A stretch of DNA of 64,000 nt from positions 13,642,001-13,706,000 of the forward strand of contig NW_024704742.1 in assembly GCF_018977255.1 (NCBI RefSeq), given 5' to 3'. The translations under genes and the position numbers were made by a program. Positions 26,463 to 38,537 of this stretch are shown in pieces. The notes under the pieces were generated by a model. It worked only from the letters and a program-made list of their open reading frames with translations. It made no database searches and was not told the origin of the DNA. The first letter of the stretch is position 1; each line of letters starts with the position of its first letter. Origin of the DNA: Callorhinchus milii (lineage: Eukaryota).

Positions 26463-27215
26463 ATTTGAGAGGAAGAATGAGGAGAGGCAATATAAGCTGA
26501 TGGTAGAATCTTAAAGGAGGCGAAGGAACTGAGAGACCTGGGGGTTCATATAAATAAATCTTTGAAGGTGGCAGGACAGGTAGATAAAGCTGTTAAAAAA
26601 GTATACAGGATACTAGGCTTTATAAATAGGGGCATAGAATACAAAAGTTAGGAAGTTATGATGAACCTTTGTAGCAGACTGGTTAGGCCTCAGCTAAAGT
26701 ACTGTGTTCAATTCTGGGCCCCACACTTTAGGAAAGATTTACCAGGATGGTACCAGGAATGAGGAACTTCAGTTATCAGGAGAGGCTAGAGAAACGAGGA
26801 TTACTCTCCTTAGAACCGTTAAGGTTAAGAGGAGACTGAATAGAAGTTTTCAAAATTATGAGGGGATTCGATAGGGTGAACAAAGAGAAACAATATCCAT
26901 TGGTGGGTGGGACAGTAGCCTGAGGACACTGATTTAAAATAGCTGTTAAAAGAAACAGAAGGGAGGTGAGGAGAANTTTTTTCACACAGTGAGATGTTTG
27001 GATCTGGAATGCATTGCCTGAAAGGGTGGTGGAAGCCAATTCAATAACAACTTTTAAGAGAGAAGTAGATCATTATTTTGGGAGGACAAGTTTGCAGGCG
27101 TATGGGGAGAGAGCGGTGGAGTGGGATTGAATTGGTTAGCTCTTTTCAAAGAGCCGACACAGACACAATGGGCCGAATGGTGTACTGCTGTGCTGTATAA
27201 TTGTATGATTCTGTG
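26463..27215 (+). mobile_element. Host CR1, part 3 (C-terminus and 3' tail)
   Basis: [46 protein letters not shown]; tail tgctgtataattgtatgattctgtga; one N at 26976. Confidence 0.93.
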
Positions 27216-27219
27216 ACAA

Positions 27220-27425
27220 CAGCAGGGCCTCCCGGGTGAAGCCCATTTGCCGCTTGCGCCATACTGCACATGCGCATCCGAAATCGTTCCGCCCATAGTG
27301 ACGTCAAATAACGAGCGAGCAGCCCATGGGCCAGAAATGTCATTTATGGTGGGTTTTTAGCGGAGGAGGGTTTTTATAGCGGATTCCACGGTAAAAAGGT
27401 GCGGCTGCACTTTTTTATTGGCCCA
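27220..27425. promoter_or_regulatory. CpG-rich promoter-like cassette
   Basis: NRF1-like TGCACATGCGCA (27265-27276), GC-box-like TTCCGCCCA (27287-27295), CRE TGACGTCA (27299-27306), minus-strand TATAAAAA (27371-27378) and CCAAT (27417-27421). Confidence 0.4.
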
Positions 27426-28554
27426 GTTTACGAGTCATTCTAGCTTGATTCTCGTTGTGCCCACACTTGCCCAACACATAGCCTTTGCACACAATTTTTC
27501 TGATCTTATCTTCCTCAACACAGAAGGGATTTTCTCATGGCCTAACCAAACCCTAACCTCAGCAGCTGTCCAGGCTGCTTTGACCATCAACCCATCAATC
27601 ATATTGAAACTCATCCAGGTTCTGCCCATTCATACAAAACAGGTGAAAATGGGAATTATAAATGAAGTATAATTCTGTACAATGACCGCAAGATACTACA
27701 TATAAAAAGTAATGGGAACCGCAAGTACTCCATGGATGGGCTAGAGCTTACTGGACAAAAGCTGAAAGAGATAAAAAGGTGTCAGTTAACTCATTAATCA
27801 TTGTGTCAAAACAGTGTGAGGCAGTAAAAAACTAAGCAACCAAGAATCCGGGCTATATATTATCATTTCAGTTGAGTTCATATACCTGAGTTCAGTCTGT
27901 GTTTAATTAGCTGAACTAGGCATTTGACCTTTATGAACTCTGAGGGTAAACATCAGCCAGAATCTGCACATCATGTAACTGTTCGATAGTCTGCGGTTGG
28001 AAAGTGCGCCTCTGTGAATGTTAGGTGAAGACAGAATCTGCCCCGCTGTATTATCTGGTACTGTTGATACCCTATCAACACTCACTGTACTGGCTCATGT
28101 GTGATCATTTGAGCAAGGTATCGGAAATCTTGGGGCAGTGTATCCGAGCATTAGTCTATGCCTTCAGGGAAATCCGGGAGAAATTGGCATGGAATACCTG
28201 TTTAACAAAAATACATAGTAATAATAATCCTTATGTTTGATATAGTGCCTTATTATGGCGTTGAGACGTCTCAAAGTGCTTCATAATACTGTAAAGTGGA
28301 TTGACTAAATTTTGTGGATATATTAAATTAAATTAAATTAATCTTCCTATTAATAATGCATGCAATCAAGGGTATACGCTCCACACACTCTGAAGTGATG
28401 AGGTAAATATCTGATTTATTTATCATTTAAAATATTTTTTTCATTTCATTTTTCCATCCACATTTCCTGAAGAAACTGACTAGTGCTGGGATTCACTATC
28501 ACAGACTATGATGCCTTCTGGTACTTAGTCCAATAGGGTATTAGCATGAGTAAA

Positions 28555-29641
28555 AATGAATACGAATGGAATTGAAGGTAACCTTGTGACGTGGCTTGAT
28601 TATTGGTTGGGAGGCAGGAATCATAAAGTTGGGATAAAGGGAACATTCTCTGATTAACGGGACGTGACAAGTGGTGTTCTTTTCACTATATATATATATA
28701 TAGACATATAAATGACTTGGATGAAGGAATAGAGAGTTTTATATCAAAAATTGCAGATGACACAAAGTTAGATGGGAGCAGGAACTTACAAAGGGACTTA
28801 GACAGATTAAGTGAGTGGGAAAAACTGTGGCAGATGGAATTCAATGTGGGGAAGTGTGAGGTCATCCATTATGGATCTAAAAATAACAAAACAGAATATT
28901 TTCTAAATGGTGAGAAACTAAGAACTGTGGAAGAGCAAAGGGATTTGGGTGTCCATGTACACAAATCACTGAAAACAAGCTTACAGGTACAAAAAGGTAT
29001 CAAAAAGGCTAATGGTATCTTGGCTTTTATCTCAAGGAGGCTGGGATATAAAGGAGAGGAAATGATGCTTCAACTGTATAGAGGCTTGTACAGATCATCT
29101 GGAGTGCCCCATCAGGAAGGATATATTGGCTCTGGGGGGAGTGCAGCATAGATTCACCAGAATGATTTCAGGGCTTAAAGAGGTAAATTATGAGGACCAA
29201 TTGCATGAACTTAGTCTCTATTCACTTGAGTTTAGAAGGTTCAGGGGTGATATATTTGAGGTTTTTGAAATAATAAAGGGATTTGATTGGGTAGATACAG
29301 AGAAACTATTTCCTCTAGTGGGGAATCCAGAACATTAAACATTAATGTACAGAGCATAACATTAAAATTAGAGCTAGGGCATTTAGGAGTGAAATCAAAG
29401 TGAAACCAAAGGGTAGTGGAAATCTGTAACTTTCTCCCCCAAAAGTTGTGGAAGTTTAATCCATTACATTTTTCAAGATTGAGGTGGATAGATACTTGTT
29501 AGGTAAGGGTATCAAGGGATATGGGGCAAGGGCGAGTAATTGGACTTGAGATACAGATCAGCCATGATCTTATAGAATGGCAGAATAGGCTTGAGGTCCT
29601 GAACAGCCTACTCCTGCTCCTATGTTCCTATATTCCTATGT
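28555..29641 (+). mobile_element. CR1 LINE 3' ~1.1 kb
   Basis: ISKIADDTKL, LQRDLDRLSEW, WQMEFNVGKCEVIH, RDLGV, KLFPLVG; tail ctcctgctcctatgttcctatattcctatgt. Confidence 0.93.
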
Positions 29642-29924
29642 AACGCACAGCCACTGTATTTTACAGTATATTTTATAAAGTGCTTTGGGAGATCCTCCCA
29701 ACATGAGGAAAATTGTACAGAAAATTTCCAAATTTTTATGTTACTTCCTGTTAACTTCAGCTATCTTTATTCTGAAGCTATGAACTTGGTAAAGATGCAC
29801 TCTGTGAATCTGTGTTTATTTCTAGAGCAGTCACTTGAAGCCAGAGTAGGGACTGGTATGATGGGATGAAATCTGAAATGATTCATCTCATTCACTTGCA
29901 CTCATCGCTGTCTTCAAACAAAAC

Positions 29925-30352
29925 ATGTTGAAGTATTGCATCCAATTCTGGGCATCTTACTTTAGATTATATGGTAGGCTTTGGAGTAAGCACAGAGATT
30001 AACTAGGATGATACCAGGAATGAGAGATTTTAGTTATGACACTAGAGAAATTGAGGCTCTCTTTAATGGGACGAAGCAGGTTGAGAAGAGGCGTGAGAGA
30101 GGTGTTCAAAATTCTGAGCAGTTTTAATATTAGTTGGTGAGTTGGTAAACTGGGTTGCAAAAAATAAGATTGTAACTAAACACATTAAGGAGTCTAGGAG
30201 TTTAGTTTTACGCAGAGGATTGTGTAAATAAATGTCCTACTAAAACAGCAGCTGAAGCATAAATCATAATAATTTTCAAAAGAGAATGTGACAAATATTT
30301 GAATAAGGTAAATATTGAGGGATAATGGGGAAAGGGCAGGGAAGTGGGACTG
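29925..30352 (+). mobile_element. CR1 3' portion, heavily degraded
   Basis: gaagtattgcatccaattctgggcatc (YCIQFWA), ggatgataccaggaatgagag, ggggaaagggcagggaagtggg. Confidence 0.7.
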
Positions 30353-30374
30353 AATAATAATAATAGTATTTGCA

Positions 30375-31380
30375 TTCGACCTAGTGCTCCGACACTGTCT
30401 CACACCGCAGGCCGCCGAAACCCTCATGCATGCCTTCATTACATCGAGGCTCGACTATGCAATCTTACTGCTTGTCGGCCTCCCCAACTCCTCCCTCCAC
30501 AGACTGCAGATCATCCAGAACTCTGCAGCCTATGTCCTCTCGACATTACGCTCCACGAGCCTATCACCTCCATCTTGTAGTCCTGTAGTTCAGTGGTTAG
30601 AGCACTCGCCTCGCAAGTGAGAGACCTGGGTTTGATTCCTGGCAGGGTGAAACCTTGGGCAAGTTTCCTTACTCCACACACCTGATAATAATCCCTCAAG
30701 AAAAAAAAACAAACAATAAAATTTGTCGCTTCAATCCACGACTATTTGTGGGACACTGCTGTGTGCAATTGGCTGCTGTGTTTTGCCCACAAATACACAT
30801 TAAATTCACTTTACAAGATATTCTGTGAAGCGCTTTGAGACGTCTAGAAGACGTGAAAAGCGCTGTACCAAATGTAAGAATTACTGTTATTATTATCTTG
30901 AAAAGCAACAACAACAACAACAAAATTACATTTGTATTGCGCCTTTCATGTTGGGAGGACATCCCAAGGCGATGGACAGACAGAGTTATCAAATGCAAGG
31001 ATTCCACTCACCTCACCTTCAACGCCCTCAAGGGTCTTGCTCCCCCCTACCTCTCCAATCTCCTAACCCCCTAACACCCTGCTTCACGTCCCCCGCCTCG
31101 CTCGCCCCACTATCGGCGGGCGGACCTTCCGCCACTCTGCTCCCACCTTCTGGAACTCCATCCCACAGTCCCTCCGTCTCAGCCCCTCCCTCACCACTTT
31201 CAAGACCCACCTCAAGACCATCCTCTTCGACCATGCTTTTGATCTTCCTGCTTCCCCCCCCTGCCCTCCACCCTCTCGCACCCCAACCCTCAGCTCGGGT
31301 CCGAAGCTCCGTCTGTCCAGCGCCTTGGGACGTCCTCCCGACATGAATAGAGCTATACAAATGTAATTTTGTCGTTCTTT
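30375..31380 (+). mobile_element. L2 3' portion split by a SINE (30577-30896) and an antisense L2 tail (~30905-30975)
   Basis: TPQAAETLMHAFITSRLDYA before the SINE; LTFNALKGLAPPYLSNLL, LWNSIP and the tail after it. Confidence 0.88.
30577..30896 (+). mobile_element. Full-length tRNA-derived SINE (short variant)
   Basis: A box tagttcagtgg, B box-like tttgattcc, body and L2-like tail. Confidence 0.92.
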
Positions 31381-33791
31381 TCATATTGGGAGAATGTCTC
31401 AAAGAGCTTCACAGAATACAGTGTAAAATATAGTGACTCAGCGCTTTGGGACGTCCTTCCAACATGAAAGGCGCTCTATAAATGTAGCTTTGTTGTTGTT
31501 GTTGACTGTTAATTTTCTAGGCAAATGGGTTGACTCTTTCAAAAAGCGGACAAAGTGGATTTCCTTTTGTCCGGTAAATTCTATGATTCCTTTTGCAGAA
31601 TGCATGACACGCTCTGCCAATCATGATAACCTTGAGACTACACAAACATCACAAAATGATTTTTTGTTTAATACCAGCTATCAGTCAGAATGAATGGTCT
31701 TGCCCCTCAAACACAGAGCTGCAAGCTGACTGATGTATCAATCCTCCAGCAATCCTGGACAACAGTGGCCTCCCTGAAAATAGTACTTTGTTAATCAGAA
31801 AAAAATCACACAATGCACTCATTGCAATGCACTGAGGGACCTAAAAACTTATTAAGAAAGTAATTACTCCTTTTACACATAGCGGACTAGCTTTTGTTCA
31901 AAGAGAGTTTTAAGAGTAACCTGTACTTTTACCAGAGCAACTCCATTTTATGGGTGGTTTTAAGATATATCATAGAGGTTTGCTGGATTTTATCTCCTGA
32001 ATTCTTCAATCTCCCACATCACATTATTAAGTATGTTCTTACTATCTATTTGACTGGTATCAAATCCTATTAATACATTCTGCAAATTTTGTTAAAATCT
32101 TACTCATGGGAAGCCTCCATGTTTCTTAGTGTTTTTTTCCCAAGCAGTGTTTTGTATCAGAATAGTTGGAGATGTAGAAATAAGCTTTTTGAGGCAGTTT
32201 GAAAATCTGGGCATTTCTCCTGCATTCTATAAGTGCCTTATATAAAGGCCTCAAAATAACAAATAAATAATTTTTCACTACCTTGATAGGTAGAAATGAG
32301 AGTAAGTGAGTATTCTTGTAAGTTGAAATATAATTAAAAAAATTTATTTGAATTTCCTATCAAACCCAGTCCAAATGTGACATTAATAAACACTATAACA
32401 TTAAAATAGTAGACAGCCTTTCACCCCTTTGTGCTTCAGACTTGGTAAATAATTGATTACAGGCTGCATAATGTACTCCTTAAAGCTAAAGTGCTTTGTT
32501 TAGTGCTGTCATGTGAATTGTAATGGTTCTAGTATAGGATTTTAGATGAAATAGACTGTGTTGGGATTTAATGGCATGCAGTCTGCACGTGAATGAAACT
32601 GTCAGTGGATGTATTTGCTGTCTCCGTGGCTATTCATTTCATTCTCTGATATGGCTATTAGCTGTCTGGGACACTCGAAAAAAATATTTTTTGATCTACT
32701 CTCTTTAGTGCTTAGCAACAAACAGAGTAAGAGGTGGGTAATTAGTGAGAGAAAAGCTGGGGAGGTTTATAAAAGTTTAAAAATGCCATTCTTTGTAATA
32801 GCAAGTCTGAAACCCTTCAGCTTCACAGAATCTGACAGAGCCAGAATCATAAGCTTGGAATGTTGAAGAACAAAATGAATGGAATGAAAAAACAGCTTTC
32901 GGTCCATCAAGTCTTTTCTCCCTGCTCAAACCATGCAAAGCCTGCCCTATCAGGGCTTTCATCACACCTCTTATAGTGGTAAGGATTCTGCACAGAAACC
33001 CACAAAACAACAAAGGTTATCAAAAACGCCAGAACAATGCTCCGTATCTTCATTTCTGCACTTACGACCACAAAATACACTCAGTCGCATCACTTTATAT
33101 TATATCCTGTGAAGTGCTTTCAGACACCTCAACAATGTGGTAAGGATTATATTATTATTATTATTATTATATCTCCCTTTCTAACCTTGCAACCTTCCTG
33201 CCTTCCACAGACAAATACACCTAGCAACAAGGAATTTTTTTTTAACCCTACTGGTCTCTTAGAATTTGAGGCAACATAATAAACTGCTATCCATTCTGAA
33301 CATTTCATTTTGCAAATGAATATTTTAAAATTTCCTTTACTATTAAATTGTGTTCCTAAGATAATAGTTCAGGGATGAGTAATGGCATTGTGGAGATCAA
33401 TGAACATCTTTGGGTTTTGGGTTGATTGGCTTTGGGAATCAGGGAATACCTTAAGCAGTACCTTCTCCCAGGAGAGTTTGAGTAGGAATGGAATCTACAA
33501 TTCAGTATGTTTCGTGAGGTCTATCAAATGACCAAGTTTGATGGACTGAATAGCTTTTGCTTGTTTCGTTCTTTGTTATGCTCTTATAAAAGAATATAGT
33601 GAACTTTGGTTACACTGGTTAATTTGGCCTTGTATGATTTGATCAGTATAACCAATCACTGCAACTGTGGGCTGAATGACAGGTGACAGATCTGTTATCC
33701 AACTCTTTAATCTGTCTTTCAGCCTCCCATTGTAGTGATCACTCCTATTCTCATTTCTTTTCATTTTTTCCTGTCCTCCCTCAAAATGAAG

Positions 33792-33898
33792 GATGTCGGA
33801 GTTTGAGGATTAAGCTGAAAGCAGGAACAAATTTGGCCGTCAGACTGGAGGTTGAGAGATGGCAAGTTCAGGCAGAACAGAGCAGGAATCTTATTATT
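33792..33898 (+). other. Candidate isolated exon (107 nt)
   Basis: Long pyrimidine tract then AG (33790-33791), GTAAGT donor (33899); one open frame (CRSLRIKLKAGTNLAVRLEVERWQVQAEQSRNLII); product not recognised. Confidence 0.2.
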
Positions 33899-34538
33899 GT
33901 AAGTGAATATCATTGATCATCACAACATACATGGATCAAAATATAGTTCTTGGTTTTGAAAACTGTACCGTGATCATTATCAGCAAATCAACACTGTTAG
34001 TATTGATAACTAAAACTAAAGTGCATTATATCTGAAGAATTAATCACATACTCATCTCATAATAACACTTTATAACTCAAAAGAACTAAATGGCTGTTTG
34101 TGGGTTATTGGTGTGTGCAAATTTGCTGCAGTTTTCACTTTTTTTATACAGTTTTCACAAGTATACAGTCACTAAACTTGGGAAGCATTTTGACATTCAA
34201 TGATATGCTAAGGTGCTACATCAATTAAAAGGCCAATTATTATATGTCATGCATGTTGCCCCAATCTATGCATCACAGTATATTATTACAAGTTGGCTTG
34301 ACATGCTTCCAGTTTCCTTATTAAGGAATCCCATTAGAAATCACTGCATACTGGACCCAATGATCCAACATTGCCACCATACAGCAAAACTCATATGTTC
34401 CGTGCCAGTTTTTAAAATGTCCAAGGTCTTTTCCATTTTCTCTCACTTTAAATCTTGCTTTTCCGTGTGTATAGTCATATCTGTAAGGTATGCCTGAGGC
34501 TACCCAACAGCTGGAGTGCCATTTGGCTTGGTAAAGCT

Positions 34539-34868
34539 CTTGGGTTTTGCTCGAAGTCATTCTTTTCCTGCTGATTTCAGAATTTCATCACATTCCTCCA
34601 AGCTTAACTGTGGGCTATTGACACTGATGTTCAAAAGACATTATAACACGTCATTTTCCATTTGACTTCTCAGTCTTGCTTTCAGCAGTTTGACTGCCTA
34701 AGCCTAATTTGGGTAATGCTCAAACATAGGGAAGGCAATTGCTGCCTCAGCAAGGCAAACGAGTAATGGGTAGTTGTGGCCACAGGCATTATTCATGTTA
34801 AGCAATCTCTGGAGGTAGTATTCAGTTGCACATTATCTCCTTGCATATGGCATTTTTTTCCACTGGTG
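34539..34868 (-). pseudogene. Fossil hAT transposase C-terminal dimerisation region (ZNF862-like)
   Basis: One frame with 5 stops: HQWKKMPYARR*CATEYYLQRLLNMNNACGHNYPLLVCLAEAAIAFPMFEHYPN*A*AVKLLKARLRSQMENDVL*CLLNISVNSPQLSLEECDEILKSAGKE*LRAKPK; fits the hAT pattern YPxL..LA....P...ER..S....K..LR..M....L..L..IS.NGP. Confidence 0.7.
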
Positions 34869-35374
34869 TAAAAATGTGATTTATTTTCAGTTTACGCTAT
34901 TTAGTTTGTACTCCTTGATTCGTATCTTCAATTGCATATACTTAGTTATGTTTTCCAAGCATAATTATTTATTTTGGATGCTGACAGTGGGTTTCATCAA
35001 TTTTCAATGTCCCATATTAACCATATGTGTTAGAGGTCTCCCACCACTCCTTTCCGAAGTGTTGCATGCAAAAGGTTGGGGGGCGGTAGCTAATCGTGGT
35101 AGCTAATTATAATTGTATTTTATCAAAAGTGCTATAAGTATGCAAAACAGACATTTTACATTTCTGCCTTTCTGAAACAAGGACAACATTTGGATTTATG
35201 CATGAACAAAACAATTGCAACCATATATGATTTACACTGGGGACACAACTGCACCTGGTCAACATACAGATAGTTAAAAAAGTAAGCATGAACTTAGAAA
35301 TGTACATATCGTGGATAGAAAACATGTTTGTCCTGACTTTAGGGTGAAATGTGAAATGGATTTCAAATGTTGAG

Positions 35375-35470
35375 ATACAGTCAATTCACTTAACAGTGTG
35401 TTCTGTGAAGCGCTTTGGGACGTCCTCCCGACGTGAAAAGCGCTATATCAAATGCAAAGGATTATTATTA
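35375..35470 (+). mobile_element. SINE 3' fragment, young
   Basis: Near-perfect tail gtgaagcgctttgggacgtcctcccgacgtgaaaagcgctatatcaaatgc. Confidence 0.85.
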
Positions 35471-37254
35471 AAGGTTCTTGGGAGGGACAAAATTTATTTG
35501 TGAGTTCTAGTTATTTGCGAGTCCTAGTAAAAACCTCAAATAGCCAGGCGCCTACTTCCAGCAGACTATCTTTATTGAGACTCTTATTCTCCTGATAAAA
35601 TTGATCATTCACTTCATGGCTGTTTGCGGGTCCTCACTGCTGTGCACAAATTGACTGCCATGTTACTTACATAGAAACATAGAAATCTACAGTGCAGAAG
35701 GAGGCCTTTTAGTCCATTGAATCTGTGTCAGCTCACAGAGCAAGGAGTGCATTTCAGTCCCACCTCCCACGTTATCCTCACTCCCCTTCAAGCCATTCTC
35801 CTTTAACAAACACAGTCATACCTGTTCAAGAAACTACCATCATTCAGAAAGCACCTTCTGATAACAATGACCCTGGAACAGCCCTTTCAGTGTGCGTTCA
35901 CACACCAACAAACCCTTATTCCATGGGGGATGTGAGGCATTATTGTAATATAACTGCACTCAAATGCAATGCTCATACTTTTGGAGCGAAGGAACACAAC
36001 CCTGAATTACACTGAATTAGAGTGCAGGTTCTACATGTCAGTCAGTGTAAGGTAGTTCCATTTTCCTAATTGTTCAATCTAGTTAGATTTACATTAACCC
36101 TTCTTGTTCTTACAGATATTTAAATCTTTTTATTTTGCATCTTTGCAAAAGACAGACTTTTCTGGAGTGTTTCAGCAATCAAAAAAATGGGATTGAAAAA
36201 GGGTTTGCTCACAAGAGGAGTTGCTAACTGATTGAGATGGAAGGAAGGGATTCCTGTAGGTAACTTGCAATACGTCATGGCCAACCCATTGGAAACCAGG
36301 CTCCTAAGCATTAAGCACTGCTATTAGTGAATCCCATTGTGAACTGCTGAATTTTCGACCTCTGTTTCTGTAGAATGCTATGCAGTAATTCAAATGTAGA
36401 AATAATTCTGTTTTAATTAATGAAATACAGTGATTAGTCTGTCAAGAATACTCTGTAGTTTAATTTGGCAGCTACTCCTTGACATGCACCAACCATTACA
36501 CCAGCTCTGTCACTACACAGTCCTATTAGTTTCTGTACATCAAGGTCAAAGCCTTGCAGTGTATTCAAATGGTACCCTGCAGAGAATAACAATATTGCCT
36601 GAGTCAGATTCTCATTAAAAAAGAATGCATGTTGTATTTCACCATCTGTGAATTACTGCTGAAATGGAATCATCTGCTTAGTGACAGGGATGTCAGTCAT
36701 ACTGCCAATCAGCAGAGGATAAAAAAAATCCCCTCCATAAAATGTGTGCTTTGAATAGCCTAGCTAATATTACAGCCTTTCAGGCAAACATCAAGTTATT
36801 CATTAACAGCAAGAGTCCTTCAAATCATCAACTCCAATCCTTTCCATTATAGCTGGTAATGATGTAGTTTCCCTGTTACCAAGTGTTTTGTTTTTTGATA
36901 GCCGTCACTCAAGAGATAAGACCTTATACATCAAAGAAGAAATCTACTGAATTTCCCCCTTAATTATGGTTTTCCAATATATCTGCAGTGAGAATCATAT
37001 TGTCAAAGTTCATAGGGAAATGCAGTATACATCTTCGCATTTAAATGAAGCCATATATCTAAACAACCCACATCTCTTTGAAAATCATATAATTAGTAAT
37101 GAAACATGTGTTTTCATCAATCTCAGTGCCAAATTAAATGTGTCTTTCTTTATTCAGTTATTTTGCTATTTGATATGGAAAGTTACTTATTTATGATGCA
37201 AACATTTCCCCCCACCTCCAAGAATAGATGACTTTCCTCAAGCTATAAGACAGT

Positions 37255-37515
37255 AGCTTTATGACACAGTGTATCCAGATTTCCAAAATACGTTTGACAA
37301 AGTTCCAAATGAAAGACTCCTTCACAAACTGAAGTCATTAGTTATTAATGAGATGCCTCGGGGGTTTGTATTGGGATCCCTCCTATTCCTTCTAAGCATT
37401 AATAATCTGGATTTACAGATCCAGGAGCCAGCTGGTTAGGTTTGCAGATGACATCAAGTTCGGGGGATCTGTGGAATCAGAAGTGGCAGCAAACAGCTTA
37501 CAAAGAAAGCTTGAT
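37255..37515 (+). mobile_element. Old CR1-like RT relic with internal deletion
   Basis: YPDFQNTFDKVP, PRGFVLGSLLF and FADDIKFG motifs in order. Confidence 0.65.
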
Positions 37516-38224
37516 GTAAAATTAAACTGAGGTGCCGTCTGCCCAGTCAGGTGGACATTAAATTTGAAAACTCACCCTACCAGGAATCAAACTCAGGTCT
37601 CTCGCTTTTGAGGTGAGTGTTCTAACCACTGAGCTGCAGGACTTCACATAGAGCTGCATTGGTCAAAGAGGCAGTCTAGAGGAGAACAACAAGGATGGTC
37701 CCCAGTGGAATGAGCAATATGACAAAGTCAAAAGATATGTTAAGTAATGCTGACATGTTCTGATATTAATAATGGAACAAGGCCAAATGTATTTCAAAAG
37801 AGCAATCTGGTCGACTGTACCCTGCACAACACCTCTCTACCACTTTCAATTTCTCTCTTCTTTTGAAGTTGCTTATAAGTGCCAGTTACCCTCCAGTGCC
37901 TGCTCAAGTTCCACTTTCACATGTGTCAGGCTAGACAACCAATATCTGCATGGTATTTAACTACAAGTGGGGATCATAACCTCACCTTGAGTGGTGAGAT
38001 CTTTATTAGAGAGGTATTGTTCAATGTACTGTACAATGATTAGAGAAAATCAGGATTTTTTATTTTAATTTGCATCTTCAATCTTCTAATGTTTCTGATT
38101 CCAGTAAAGCCCTTGGGACTGAAAAATACAATTTACATTTATTTACAGTAGCACCTTCTGGTTGACAGAACATCGCCAAACACTTCATAAGATAAGATTA
38201 ATATAAATGAAGCAAATGCTGTTA

Positions 38225-38537
38225 TAATAAATAATAATAATCCTTGCATTTGATATAGCACTTTTCACGTCTTCTAGACGTCTCAAAGCGCTTCACAGAA
38301 TATACTGTAAAGTGAATTGACTGCGTATTTGTGGGCGAACGCGGCAGCCAATTGCGCACAGCAATGTCCCACAAACAGTCGTGGATTGAAAATGACCAAT
38401 TTATTATTGTTTTTTTTGGAGGGATTATTATTAGACGTGTGGAGTAAGGAAACTTGCCCAAGGTTTCGCCCTGCCTGGAATTGAACTCAGGTCTCTCGCT
38501 TGCTAAGTGAGTGCTCTAACCACTGAACTACAGGACT
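38225..38537 (-). mobile_element. Full-length tRNA-derived SINE (short variant)
   Basis: Reverse complement of the 47666-47980 type from head to (TAT)n tail. Confidence 0.95.
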
